From the NCBI GenBank assembly GCA_037190965.1, contig JBBCKI010000028.1:32001-96000 (forward strand): a stretch of 64,000 nt of DNA, given 5' to 3'. Below the pieces are notes generated by a model. It ran no database searches. It was not told the DNA's origin and worked only from the letters and a program-made list of their open reading frames with translations. The position numbers were made by a program, and so were the translations under genes. Each line of letters starts with the position of its first letter. The first letter of the stretch is position 1. The stretch comes from Chthoniobacteraceae bacterium. GTDB lineage: Bacteria; Verrucomicrobiota; Verrucomicrobiia; Chthoniobacterales; Chthoniobacteraceae. Shown piece by piece: positions 9,654 through 19,428 of the stretch.

Positions 9654-9800
9654 GGTAGGCCGCTCGCGCCGTCGAGCGCGGGATCGATGAAGAGTCGCGT
9701 TTGGCGTCCATCCCCGCAGGACGGGCTGCTGGTATCGGGATGCAGCCCTCATGAAGCCAAGGAAGCCGATACTCGCGCTCGACGGCGCGAGCGGGCTACC
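9654..9800. repeat. GTAG-type REP doublet (REPIN-like inverted pair)
   Basis: GGTAGGCCGCTCGCGCCGTCGAGCGCGGG (9654-9682) and inverted CTCGCGCTCGACGGCGCGAGCGGGCTACC (9772-9800), 2 mismatches in 29 nt; each carries an internal CGCTCG/CGAGCG hairpin after GTAG. Confidence 0.7.
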
Positions 9801-10629
9801 TTGCGCTCTCCACTGAAAGCGCCTGACTTTCCTTCGTAGCTTCCAGCGATTGGAGAAATCGAAGCAGATCGGTACAAGCCATCCTTTGGGATCGACGGCT
9901 CATGGCATAAAAGAATCCATGCTCTGCCGCGGGGTAGATCCGGTAGTCAGCCCGTGCTCCAAGGGCCTTTAGCTGTCCGACCCATTCTATCGTCTGATCG
10001 TTGGGAAACATATGCTCGCATTCCCCGAGCAGGAAAAAAAGGGGTGGAGAATCAGAATCTCCATACCGCCGCGGAGAGAAACGCCGGTAACGCTCCGGCT
10101 CCTCTGCATAGGGAACGCCGACTGCTTCGCAAATCGCGTTCCAGCTTTCCGGGAACATCTCATCCCACGGTTCAAAGGTGATCGCGGCACAACTGACAGC
10201 GACGCCTGCCACTCCGGGAGTCGCTCCACGAAAGCTCTCCCCGCAAGCGCCCTGAGCGGCCAGCCCGGCTAGAAGCGCCAAGTGCCCTCCTGCCGAAGAT
10301 CCGTAGAGCACAAACGGCTGTTCTATTCCCTGCATTCTCAAGTGGTGATCCGCCAGGGCCATTCCTTCCCGGATATCGCCAACCTGCACTGCCGGGTCTG
10401 CGTCTTTCAAGCGGTAGTCCAAGGAAACACAAGGATACCCCCGCTGAAAGAATGCCGTCATAATATCGTGCATCTGATCCCTCCGCCCTTGCCTCCACCC
10501 TCCGCCGTGAATGAAGCAAAGCGTGAGCGGTTGAAGGATCGGAGCGGGCGGAATCCACAGGTCGAGCGCTCGTCCGGCTCGCGGAATGCCGTCGTAGTAG
10601 AGCGATGTATAAACAAAGGCTTCTCTCAT
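9796..10629 (-). CDS. alpha/beta hydrolase (esterase/lipase, HSL-like)
   Basis: LDLWIP, IHGGGW oxyanion motif, GSSAGGHLA nucleophile elbow, AEHGF. Confidence 0.9.
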   Translation of the reverse strand: MREAFVYTSLYYDGIPRAGRALDLWIPPAPILQPLTLCFIHGGGWRQGRRDQMHDIMTAFFQRGYPCVSLDYRLKDADPAVQVGDIREGMALADHHLRMQGIEQPFVLYGSSAGGHLALLAGLAAQGACGESFRGATPGVAGVAVSCAAITFEPWDEMFPESWNAICEAVGVPYAEEPERYRRFSPRRYGDSDSPPLFFLLGECEHMFPNDQTIEWVGQLKALGARADYRIYPAAEHGFFYAMSRRSQRMACTDLLRFLQSLEATKESQALSVESAR

Positions 10630-13010
10630 GGCTGTCTGGAAGGAGGGAGGAACGGCGATAGCACGCCGGAGACAAAGACCATCTCCTCGTTGAGTTTTTC
10701 ACCTTTCTTGAAGATGATTGCGACATTCCCGTCTGCCGACACAGGAACGGACGAGATATTCTCCATCACCAAAAGCCGCGGTGCTTTCTCCAGGTTGACC
10801 ATTCCCCGCTGAGACAGGCCATTGAAGAATCGGCTGCTTCCTCCTGCCATGTAGAGGGTGCCCTGATCGGAGTAATTCACGATGTTGGCCATGCCGCCGG
10901 ACTCCCCCCCAAAGCGGTTGTTGAGCGCGTAGAGGCTGCCGTAATTATCGATCCAGCGGGTGTTCCGGCTCTGCTTCCACTCTTTAATTGCTTCGGGGCG
11001 CTTGCCGCGTTTGCCATCCCAGAGCGTCGGGTTCATGAGGTTCCCTTCAATGCGCATCCTGCCACCATGGTTCTCGATAAAGGCCCGATGATTCAGACGC
11101 GGGTCGTTGACTAGCCATGCCTCTTTGATCTGTGCCTTGGACGCGTTTGTGACCAGCGCCTGATGACCGGCAAAGACGCCGCCGCGGATCGAAATCTCCC
11201 CGCGATTTTCCGCGCCTTCCTTTCCGCTGAAATAGCGAATCCCCACGCCGGTCTGATTGACAAAGGAGCAATCCTCGAAAGCCACGCGCGCCTTCGCGTC
11301 GGGAGTGCTCTTGACATCCACCCCGTCCTTTCCTCCCTCAAAGAAACATCCTTTGAACAAGGCTTGTTCAATCCCTTTGCCTTCAAATAAAGTTTGACCG
11401 GGATCTTTCGCGGAAAAGATTACTCTCCCCTCCGCCTTTACCACGACACGTTGGGGTAGTGTTACCGGAGTTGCGAAACGATAGAGGCCGGGAGGGAAGA
11501 TCACGACGCTATCGCCTTTTTGCGAGGCTTCCTTGAAGATCCTGCTGATGATCTCATCCACCTCCTGATTGGAGGCAGCTTTCAGTCCGAAATCGACCGC
11601 GTAGATAACCGGTCGGGCTTCGCGCTCGAGATCGGCGGAGGTCCACTCCAGTTCCGGCAGGAAGCTTCGCTCGATGGCTTCATGAGGGATCGCCTTTTCC
11701 TCAAGCGCGGTGATCGTTTCGGGAAGTGGGGTGGAGATATTCGCGCTGTTTCCGGAAAGCCGGACGCGGAACCAGGTGCGAGGCACCAAGGCATTGTTGG
11801 GCGGGATCAGCGCGTGCAGCATTTCCTCATCGGGTGGGAGTTCCCATCGGATGGCCTCGACCGGGCGCCCGGTGGTCTCGGTGACGTTCGTCAAAGAAAG
11901 CAGACTGGGCTGGTTGCCCTTGGAGAGCCAGCAGAGGGCATTGTTCGCTCCCCCGGCCGCCTTGATCCTGCTGTTCCTGATGTTAATGCAGAAGCCGCCA
12001 ATGGTTATCGATACCGGCTTGGGGGAACGAGAAACCCGGATAAAGTCGACGCCTTGCCCGCCTTCCGTGTCGAAATCGAGGTGATCGCCGGAAAGAATGC
12101 CGCCTCCTTCTATCCAATAGGGGGCGCGTTCTTTCTCCGGACGCAGAATGCCCTTGATGTTTACAAGATTAGCCATTCCGCTGGGAAGATTCAGCATGGG
12201 GAGACCGTGCCGCCCGCCTCCGGTGATGCGGCAATTGCGCAGGCTGGTGTCGTCGCACTGGAGATCCGCCGCGCCGGCGCAGTCGATGAATTCAGAGTCG
12301 GAAATGACGAATAGCGTGGAGTTAAACCATTCGCCAAGGTTCTCGCCTTTATTGGGTTGCAGGGTGGGCCGCCCGTTGCTCCATTCCACTCCGTAGGGTG
12401 CCCACGGCTTGGTGTGGTCCAACTCCCGGTCGGTACCGGTGAACTTTGTTTCGGTATACGACTGGCATTCCACCGCGTAACCGCCGGAGCGGGTGAACGT
12501 GCAGTTGAAGACGTTAATCTCCGCAGGCCCGAGATTGTTCGTCCAGAATCTAAGCTGCGTTTTCCCGCCGACAAAAGAGAAGCCCTCCACCCGGTGTCGG
12601 GCGGTGCTGTGAAAGTAGAAGATCTCGTGATCGGGATTCGCCTGTTCAACCGTGACCTCCCCAAGAGAGCGAAGGTGAATGGGGACGGTAAAGACGATGG
12701 GGCGCGTGATACGATAGTGGCCCTTCGGAAAGACGACTTCCGGCACTGCCCAGATATTGAATCCGTTAACCATATGTCCCCAATGCCCTCCCTTTAGATG
12801 AAGAGAGGACCTGGATTCCACAGCAGCCTGTACGGCGGCCTGAATGGCATCGGTATCGTCGGCTACTCCATCGCCCTTTGCGCCAAAGCGGGCGACATCG
12901 TGAGCGGAGGATGGGGTTGAAAGGGGCGGAACCGCCGCCCCGGTATCCCCGGAAGCAGCAGCTATCGTCAAAAGGGGAACTGCAACCCCAAAAAGGATGG
13001 ATCGGAACAT
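10626..13010 (-). CDS. secreted right-handed beta-helix protein (pectate lyase-3 / GH28-GH55-related), two beta-helix modules
   Basis: Signal peptide; DVARFGAKGDGVADDTDAIQAAV and VVFPKGHYRI; second degenerate cap VIYAVDFG...VVIFPPGLYRF. Confidence 0.75.
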   Translation of the reverse strand: MFRSILFGVAVPLLTIAAASGDTGAAVPPLSTPSSAHDVARFGAKGDGVADDTDAIQAAVQAAVESRSSLHLKGGHWGHMVNGFNIWAVPEVVFPKGHYRITRPIVFTVPIHLRSLGEVTVEQANPDHEIFYFHSTARHRVEGFSFVGGKTQLRFWTNNLGPAEINVFNCTFTRSGGYAVECQSYTETKFTGTDRELDHTKPWAPYGVEWSNGRPTLQPNKGENLGEWFNSTLFVISDSEFIDCAGAADLQCDDTSLRNCRITGGGRHGLPMLNLPSGMANLVNIKGILRPEKERAPYWIEGGGILSGDHLDFDTEGGQGVDFIRVSRSPKPVSITIGGFCINIRNSRIKAAGGANNALCWLSKGNQPSLLSLTNVTETTGRPVEAIRWELPPDEEMLHALIPPNNALVPRTWFRVRLSGNSANISTPLPETITALEEKAIPHEAIERSFLPELEWTSADLEREARPVIYAVDFGLKAASNQEVDEIISRIFKEASQKGDSVVIFPPGLYRFATPVTLPQRVVVKAEGRVIFSAKDPGQTLFEGKGIEQALFKGCFFEGGKDGVDVKSTPDAKARVAFEDCSFVNQTGVGIRYFSGKEGAENRGEISIRGGVFAGHQALVTNASKAQIKEAWLVNDPRLNHRAFIENHGGRMRIEGNLMNPTLWDGKRGKRPEAIKEWKQSRNTRWIDNYGSLYALNNRFGGESGGMANIVNYSDQGTLYMAGGSSRFFNGLSQRGMVNLEKAPRLLVMENISSVPVSADGNVAIIFKKGEKLNEEMVFVSGVLSPFLPPSRQP

Positions 13011-13058
13011 GGAACAGGAAGAAGGACCCGTTTTCTCACAGAGCCTTTGGCAATGGAG

Positions 13059-13691
13059 CTACTCGGGAAAGATGTGAAGGAGATTGACGTTGGAGAGGCT
13101 CTCTACGTGCCCGTCGGCGTAGAGGCCATTGAAGCGGCCGGAGTGGCATTTGCCGATCCGCTCCGGCGTGGCGGTTGAGAATCCGGAGACAGCAGCATCA
13201 ACTGGCGCATCCGTAATCATCAGAAAGCTGGCGGGATACTGGAGCTGCGACCGGCCCCCCCGGAAGAGACTTTGGCCAACGGCGTTCAGATTTCCGAGAT
13301 GGAAGTTGTAAGCATAGCTATCATACCGGTTCGGGTGCTCCGGGCAGCCGTTGATGCCGCTGGCTTGATTCCAGCGGGCAACGGTGGCGTTGTCGGATGC
13401 TCCGCCAAGCAGGTAGTTGAGGACCAGCGGGCTGCTGAAGTGGTACCACGCCCGGCCGTCATTGAAGGGATACGAACCCGGGAATCTCCCCTGGAAATCC
13501 GATGTGTATTGGTGAATGACGGTTCCCCATTGCTTGAGATTGGAAATGCATTGCGTCTGCCTTGCGGCCTCGGCAGCCCTTTGCGAGAAGCTGACCAGAA
13601 GCCCTGCAAGGACAACCAGGACGCTAACAGCTATCAGCAACTCAACGAGGCTGAAAGCGCTTCGAGGTTCTCTGGGGGAGGGCAATCGCAT
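13059..13691 (-). CDS. prepilin-type N-terminal cleavage/methylation protein with H-X9-DG domain
   Basis: AFSLVELLIAVSVLVVLAGLL, QCISNLKQWG, SYAYN, HSGRFNGLYADGHVE. Confidence 0.9.
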   Translation of the reverse strand: MRLPSPREPRSAFSLVELLIAVSVLVVLAGLLVSFSQRAAEAARQTQCISNLKQWGTVIHQYTSDFQGRFPGSYPFNDGRAWYHFSSPLVLNYLLGGASDNATVARWNQASGINGCPEHPNRYDSYAYNFHLGNLNAVGQSLFRGGRSQLQYPASFLMITDAPVDAAVSGFSTATPERIGKCHSGRFNGLYADGHVESLSNVNLLHIFPE

Positions 13692-13720
13692 CGGTTTGGT
13701 GGGTATATTCCGATGGAGCC

Positions 13721-14410
13721 TTACTTCGTCCCCTTGAGGTGTTTGCTCAACAAAAATCCGACCCCCATAAACGGGATGAGCAAGCCCATGGCGGACACCT
13801 CCGGAATGGCGGTGCCTTCAATGTACATGGTGAGGCCCCGCGTAGTATAGCGACCATAGGCGCCGGTATCCTTGTACCATGTGAAAGAGTTCTGGCCAGC
13901 GGCATTGGTATTGGCGATCACAAAATTCACCGAGGTATTCAAATCATGCGAGCGGAGCATGAAGATGTAATATTTATCCTTATCAAGATTCACCGGACCC
14001 GCCAGTTCAAAGCGGAGAAAGGTATTGTTAGTAAGGGAACCGGGGAAGGTGCCCGTGTCTTCCGCAATCAGGTTGCCTGCGGAGGGAGCCTCTGAGGCAC
14101 TATTTGTCTGGTAGATGCTGAGCGTGAAAGTCTTGGTGGCGGCACCAGGCTGAGTGACTGCAAACGGAAGCGTAATGGCGGTAACAGCGAGCCTCTGTGT
14201 GGCGTAGAACGATTGGCCCAATTCGTATTGGTTATTCCACGAGTAGCTGATGGAACCGCTCCCCGCGTCGGTCGGAATATGCTGAAGGACCAGCCCACTG
14301 GTGGGAGCGGTGGCCGGGTTGGTAACGATCACGCTGGCAGAAGCGGGAACCGCTTTGCCGAGAAGAAGGAGGACCAGGGGAAGGGCGGTAGGGAGGCGTT
14401 TGAGTTTCAT
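13721..14410 (-). CDS. PEP-CTERM-like sorted surface protein (variant IPEV tail)
   Basis: Signal peptide MKLKRLPTALPLVLLLLG...ASA; Ser/Thr-rich beta domain; C-terminus AIPEVSAMGLLIPFMGVGFLLSKHLKGTK. Confidence 0.75.
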   Translation of the reverse strand: MKLKRLPTALPLVLLLLGKAVPASASVIVTNPATAPTSGLVLQHIPTDAGSGSISYSWNNQYELGQSFYATQRLAVTAITLPFAVTQPGAATKTFTLSIYQTNSASEAPSAGNLIAEDTGTFPGSLTNNTFLRFELAGPVNLDKDKYYIFMLRSHDLNTSVNFVIANTNAAGQNSFTWYKDTGAYGRYTTRGLTMYIEGTAIPEVSAMGLLIPFMGVGFLLSKHLKGTK

Positions 14411-14499
14411 GGATAGGAGTAGGGGTGAAGAGAAGGCGGGGTCCTGCCTGAAGCAGATACTCAGCCCTGAGGGTTGTTGTTTCAACCTCACGGTACCGC

Positions 14500-14527
14500 A
14501 TAATACCAAAGGAAAGTGGAGCGTCAA
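14500..14527 (-). promoter_or_regulatory. sigma70-like promoter for the PEP-CTERM/prepilin/beta-helix/hydrolase operon
   Basis: Minus strand TTGACG-N16-TATTAT with TG extended -10, followed by palindrome CGGTACCG (14491-14498); lies between this operon and the divergent GntR gene. Confidence 0.55.
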
Positions 14528-14640
14528 TCCCTTTTTCGAAATCGGCCTTTTGCTTTCCAGTTGTGATGAAGGATTCGAGAAGGTATTTTGTGGTTCCAGG
14601 CTTTCCTTTTTCCGTTTTTTGCCTGAATTTCCTCTCCTTC

Positions 14641-15786
14641 ATGTCTGACCTTTCCGCTCCCCGCAGTAAACCGGTGCAAAAGCCGAAGAGTTCGTCGATT
14701 GCTCCCTCGGAGAATACGGCCGATCCGATGGAGAATCAGATCGAACTGCACTACACGCATGAAATCCTTTCGGGCAAGCTCCCGCCGGGCACGCGCCTTC
14801 CCTCCAACCAGAGTTTGGCAGGACAGTGGTCCACGAGCTGCCGGACGATTCAGCGGGCGATGGCCAGCTTGACGGCTCTGGGACTGATCGAGCGAACGGC
14901 GAGTCGGGGAACTTTTGTGCGAAGCCGTGAGCAGCAGGCGCTGGTGGGCGTGCTCATGGGGCCGAGCCTTGTTGACGATGTATCCGGCTACTACCGGATG
15001 ATCTGGTCGGCGCTGCAGACGGAGTTGAGTTCTGCGTATCTCTCTGCCCGCATCTATGACAGCCTGGATCAAAGTTATTCCTCGCCGCACAGGGACACGC
15101 AGATCAGCTATCTAAATGCCGATCTGAAGTACCACACGTTTACCGGCTTTATTGAAATCGCCACGCTGGGGGTTCCGGCGGGCATTCACCCCGTTGGCTA
15201 TCCCCGCGCGGTCTATGAACCGAAGCGGGAGGATAACGATGTGTCCTACGATTTCGAAGGGATCGGCCGACAGATTGTGCACGATTTTCATCGCAATGGA
15301 GTTCGCCGACTCTGGATTTTCCGTTCCAGCCCGGATCCCTCTTCGCGCGATCTTGAGGTGAAAGCGGCTTTAAAGGCGGCGCGCGATCTGGGGATGCCGA
15401 AGCCGGAGGTCTTCAATATTCCGGCAGAGCACGAGGGCTACTATGTGGAAAAGGAAACGCATGACTGCCTGATCCGGAAGCTTGCCGGGCTGCCGCGAAG
15501 GCAGCTGCCGGAGGGGCTGATGATGACGACGGATGTGGCCGCGAAAGGAGCTGTCATGGCGTTGCTCAAGCATGGCGTTGAGATTCCCCGGCAGGTGAAG
15601 ATCGCGGTGGTTACGGCGGAGAACTCGCGGGTTTACTACTCCGTGCCGGTCCAGCAGTACTGCCTGCCTATTCAGAAGCTGGCTTCATCATTGGCCACTG
15701 TGCTGAGAGATCGCATTGCGAAGAAAACCTCGGTGGAAACGCCGATCATCCTGCAAGGATGGCTGGAAAGCGAAAAGGGATCGTAG
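14641..15786 (+). CDS. GntR-family regulator with LacI-type sugar-binding C-terminal domain
   Basis: ILSGKLPPGTRLPSNQSLA...TIQRAMASL...GLIERTASRGTFV; C-terminal PEGLMMTTDVAAKG...GVEIPRQVKI; start uncertain. Confidence 0.88.
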   Translation: MSDLSAPRSKPVQKPKSSSIAPSENTADPMENQIELHYTHEILSGKLPPGTRLPSNQSLAGQWSTSCRTIQRAMASLTALGLIERTASRGTFVRSREQQALVGVLMGPSLVDDVSGYYRMIWSALQTELSSAYLSARIYDSLDQSYSSPHRDTQISYLNADLKYHTFTGFIEIATLGVPAGIHPVGYPRAVYEPKREDNDVSYDFEGIGRQIVHDFHRNGVRRLWIFRSSPDPSSRDLEVKAALKAARDLGMPKPEVFNIPAEHEGYYVEKETHDCLIRKLAGLPRRQLPEGLMMTTDVAAKGAVMALLKHGVEIPRQVKIAVVTAENSRVYYSVPVQQYCLPIQKLASSLATVLRDRIAKKTSVETPIILQGWLESEKGS

Positions 15787-15880
15787 CCCAGAACGTTCTT
15801 GATGGCCGGATGGGACAGGCGGGTATCGCCGTGAGCTAGTTTGCCGCGTTCCCTTTCCGGCCCGGTTGCGTGGGCTAGGA

Positions 15881-15927
15881 GATACTGCAAGCTATTGAAG
15901 CGATAGTGCAATCCTTCAAGTTTGATT
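15881..15927 (+). promoter_or_regulatory. 21-bp-period direct-repeat operator plus -35-like element (copy 1)
   Basis: GATACTGCAA-N11-GATAGTGCAATCC-N7-TTGATT, with GACGAT 17 nt further; the same motif recurs at 36292-36338 and 39173-39219. Confidence 0.75.
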
Positions 15928-15957
15928 CTTGCCATCCATGGAGGGACGATAGCGGCA

Positions 15958-17823
15958 ATGATTTCCCGCTCTCATCATCAACCCTCGGCAGCAGCCTCTG
16001 CGCATATCGGTCAGCCGGTCCCAGCCTTGCGCATCTGGCGTTCCTGGCGGTCGAAGTTTGGCGATGGGAACAGAGACCAGCCTGGAGATGACTTGGGAGA
16101 TGAGGTGATCACCGCAGAGGTGGTGTACGACGATGCCGAACTGCAGCGGGTCGCGCGGCAGGGCTTTAATGGAATCTGGGTGCACGGCATCCTGCGGCAT
16201 CTCGTCTCCGTCTGCCCATTTCCGGAGTTGGGGGATAATGCCGGGATTCAGCAGGTAGCATTGGAGCGCTTGATCGCCAGGGCGGCACGGCACGGATTGA
16301 AGGTCTGGCTTTACCTTCAGCCCCCGCGAGCGGTGCCGGTATCATGGTCGCATTTTTGGGAGAAGCACCCGGAGGTTGGAGGCGAAGAGATGGAGGTGCC
16401 CGGAAGCCCCGGGGAACCCGATGCGTGTTTTCGGTCGCTCTGTACTTCCACACAACCGGTCAAAGATTGGATTTACCACGCGTCTGCGGAACTGGCCGCG
16501 ACGTTCCCTGAGATGGGGGGAGTGATCCTGATTACGAGTTCGGAATTCCCCTCGCATTGCTACACGCACCGCACCCGTTATGAGCCGACAGACTGGTGCC
16601 CTACCATTTCCTGCCCCCGTTGTGCCAATCGTGAACCGGAGGAAGTGACCGCAGAGGTGGTCACGCTGGTTCATGCAGGGATTGCCTCGAAGTCGGAAAC
16701 GATGGAAGTGATCGCGTGGAACTGGTCGTGGGCATGGCGAGGGGATTCATACGAGCAGGTGATTGCCCGTTTGCCTCAGGAAGTGATCCTGATGGCCGAT
16801 TATGAGCGCGGCGGCTTCCGCGATCTGCCGGGCCGGAAAGCATTTCTGGTTGATGAATATTCACTAGGGTATAGCGGCCCATCCGAACGCTTCCAGCGAT
16901 GTGCCCTGGCGGCGAGGGCTCGGGGGATGCGCGTGATGGCGAAGCTTCAGCTTGGCACCACTCATGAGCTGGCTTCGGTGGTGAGTCTCCCGATCATCGG
17001 CAGTCTCTATGACAAGGCCGTGGCATTGGTGAAAGATGAGGCCACCGGGTTTATGGGGTGCTGGAATTTCGGGAATTATCCGAGCACGAATACAGTCGCC
17101 TTCATGGAGTTCCTGCGACAGGGGACTGGCGCAGACAAGGAAGCGGTGCTGGAGCATTTTGCGCGGGAGCGTTTCCCCGGTTGCAGCCCCGGCCTGACGA
17201 GAAGAGCGTGGGAACTTTTTGAAACGGCGATGCTATACTTCCCCTTTACCATTGCCTTTCTCTATCATGGGGCACATCCATACACGCTGGCTTACCATGA
17301 GATTTATCACCCGACGGACCTGAGCGGCAAGCCTGCCGGCCGGAGTTGGCTCGGGGATAACCGGGGTGACGACCTTTCCAATAGCTACCTGTTGCATCAC
17401 ACGCAATTTAATCTGGACGAAATCATTGATCGGCTCGGGCATCTTGCCGCACTCTGGCAGCACGGCGTCGCGCTGCTCACGGAGGCACTCGCGGGAGTTC
17501 AGACCGAGGAGGCGCGGCAGGAACTGGGGAATGCGGTGATCTGCGGCGCCATCTGGAAAAGCACGGAGCGCACTTACCGGATCTTTCGCCTTCGGAAGGC
17601 ATGGAGCGATGCCGCCCGCGCTGAGTACCTAAAACTGGCTGGCGAGGAGGAAGAGCTTCTTGGGCAGGTGCTTCCCTGGGTCGAGGCAGACGAGCGGCAG
17701 GGATTTCATCTGGAGCCGCATGTCCGGATGTTCGGTGCAGAGTCGATCCGCCATAAAATCAATCATCTAAAGGAACAGCTTTCCTCACTGCTCCCGCCTC
17801 AATCGCGAAAGAGGTGGAACTGA
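15958..17823 (+). CDS. hypothetical protein, probable glycoside-hydrolase-like TIM barrel
   Basis: ~620 aa; GFNGIWVHG, ARHGLKVWLYL, SSEFPSHC, CPRC, VIAWNWSW, VDEYSLG; ATG 15958 preferred because the track's TTG 15922 falls in the -35-like element. Confidence 0.65.
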   Translation: MISRSHHQPSAAASAHIGQPVPALRIWRSWRSKFGDGNRDQPGDDLGDEVITAEVVYDDAELQRVARQGFNGIWVHGILRHLVSVCPFPELGDNAGIQQVALERLIARAARHGLKVWLYLQPPRAVPVSWSHFWEKHPEVGGEEMEVPGSPGEPDACFRSLCTSTQPVKDWIYHASAELAATFPEMGGVILITSSEFPSHCYTHRTRYEPTDWCPTISCPRCANREPEEVTAEVVTLVHAGIASKSETMEVIAWNWSWAWRGDSYEQVIARLPQEVILMADYERGGFRDLPGRKAFLVDEYSLGYSGPSERFQRCALAARARGMRVMAKLQLGTTHELASVVSLPIIGSLYDKAVALVKDEATGFMGCWNFGNYPSTNTVAFMEFLRQGTGADKEAVLEHFARERFPGCSPGLTRRAWELFETAMLYFPFTIAFLYHGAHPYTLAYHEIYHPTDLSGKPAGRSWLGDNRGDDLSNSYLLHHTQFNLDEIIDRLGHLAALWQHGVALLTEALAGVQTEEARQELGNAVICGAIWKSTERTYRIFRLRKAWSDAARAEYLKLAGEEEELLGQVLPWVEADERQGFHLEPHVRMFGAESIRHKINHLKEQLSSLLPPQSRKRWN

Positions 17824-17830
17824 ATCTACA

Positions 17831-18673
17831 TTGACCATGAGTTTACCGATGAAACGAAAATTGAAAGATCGCCTTTGGCTTTGGGGACAGAGCGCGGGAA
17901 GTCACCACGGCTCCGCAGGAAACAAGGTTTGGAAGCTGCCGGGCGTGAACCGGATGGAAGCCGCCGAGGGGGCTGCTTATCTGGGGATTGAGAGGATGTG
18001 CCGGGTGGTAATGGGCGGCCAGCCCCTACCGCCATTCGACGCCGAGCAGGAAAGGCTCGCCGGGATGAAGGAGGTGATCTGGTCGGCGGTGGGTGATAGC
18101 GGTTCCATTCGGAATAACTCGACGAGCGATCTCTGTGAAGTGCTGCGGCTGGCGGAGACGCACCCGAACATCTCAGGCGCGGTACTGGACGATTTCTTCC
18201 GGGCGAAAGCGACGCCGGAGTCGTCCCACGGCAGATATAGCGTCGAGAGTGTCCAGTCGATGCGCGACCAGCTTGCGGCATTCCCCGCGCGGCCCCTTGA
18301 TCTCTGGATTGTCTGGTATAAGGAGGAGCTTGATTTCGATATCGATGACTATTTGGGGATCTTCGATGTCATTACCTTCTGGAATATGATGGCCCCGGCT
18401 CACCATGCGGAATGGGAGGCCGATATTGCGAAGGTGGTTGCGCGGACCCCGGGCAAGCGACGCCTGGCCGGATGCTATTTGTGGAACTACGGTGAGGGAA
18501 AGCCGCTGGGAGTGGATGAGATCCGTGCCCAGTGCGAGACTTACCTCGAGTGGATCAGGCGCGGAGAGATCGAGGGGATCATCTTTTGCTCGAACTGCTG
18601 TGCCGACCTCGGCTTGGAAGCCGTGGAGTGGGTGCGCCAGTGGATCCAGGAGCGGGGGGAGGAAGTGGTATAA
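17831..18673 (+). CDS. hypothetical protein (TIM-barrel-like)
   Basis: DRLWLWG, HPNISGAVLDDFF, DVITFW, GCYLWNYG, IEGIIFCSN; operonic position; start may be ATG 17838 or 17849. Confidence 0.65.
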   Translation: MTMSLPMKRKLKDRLWLWGQSAGSHHGSAGNKVWKLPGVNRMEAAEGAAYLGIERMCRVVMGGQPLPPFDAEQERLAGMKEVIWSAVGDSGSIRNNSTSDLCEVLRLAETHPNISGAVLDDFFRAKATPESSHGRYSVESVQSMRDQLAAFPARPLDLWIVWYKEELDFDIDDYLGIFDVITFWNMMAPAHHAEWEADIAKVVARTPGKRRLAGCYLWNYGEGKPLGVDEIRAQCETYLEWIRRGEIEGIIFCSNCCADLGLEAVEWVRQWIQERGEEVV

Positions 18674-18681
18674 GAGGAAAT

Positions 18682-19398
18682 ATGACGAAGCTCAGACATA
18701 GAACAGCAGAATCGGGAGCCGGGCAGTGCAGATGCGAGGCTCCGATGGGTTTTAGCCTCACTGAGTTGTTGGTTGTCATCGCGATTATCGCGGTTCTTCT
18801 GAGCATCATGTTTCCAGTCTTGGGTAGCTTCCGCAAGAACAGCCAGTCTGTCCAGTGTATGCATAATCTCAGAAAGCTGGGCATGGCCTGGGTTCTCTAT
18901 TCCAACGATAATAAAGGCTACCTCCCGCCCATCTTTCGCCCCGCCGAAAGTCCGTCCGACTCCGGGAAAACGTGGGGAATGATTCTGACAGATCTGGGGC
19001 TGGTTCCGCCGCTCTGGGATGACGCCAGCTTTAAGGCCTGGTATTGCCCGGGATGGGCGCCCGCTTCCCCAACCGCACCCGGAGGAGGTGCTCCCTGGAC
19101 CAATATCTACGGGGGCCTCCTCTACCGCGATTCGCTGGATGACGAACGTCGCCTGAGCGAGATTCCCGGCACGACCCCTTTGCTGGCAGACAGCATCAAC
19201 GAAGCCTCCGGGTTTCCCCACTACTACATTCCCGTGCATCAACCGGGTACGACGATCAAAATCCACCTCCGCCATAACAAAAAGGCAAACCTCTTCTTCG
19301 CGGACGGGCATGGAGAAAGCGTAACCGCTGAACGCCTGGGCCAGATTCAGTACGGTGGCACTCCCATTACCAGCTGGTCGGAACGGGAATCCCCCTAA
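18682..19398 (+). CDS. prepilin-type N-terminal cleavage/methylation protein with H-X9-DG domain
   Basis: GFSLTELLVVIAIIAVLLSIMFP, QCMHNLRKLG, WYCPG, RHNKKANLFFADGHGE. Confidence 0.9.
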   Translation: MTKLRHRTAESGAGQCRCEAPMGFSLTELLVVIAIIAVLLSIMFPVLGSFRKNSQSVQCMHNLRKLGMAWVLYSNDNKGYLPPIFRPAESPSDSGKTWGMILTDLGLVPPLWDDASFKAWYCPGWAPASPTAPGGGAPWTNIYGGLLYRDSLDDERRLSEIPGTTPLLADSINEASGFPHYYIPVHQPGTTIKIHLRHNKKANLFFADGHGESVTAERLGQIQYGGTPITSWSERESP

Positions 19399-19428
19399 CA
19401 CGAAGTTTTTTCTTACGACATTCATCCA

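Noticed and set aside
15783..15878. TAGCCCA...TGGGCTA inverted ends after the GntR stop, as a second REP doublet
   Set aside because: Only 7 nt match and the internal hairpin of the 9654-9800 element is absent; too weak.
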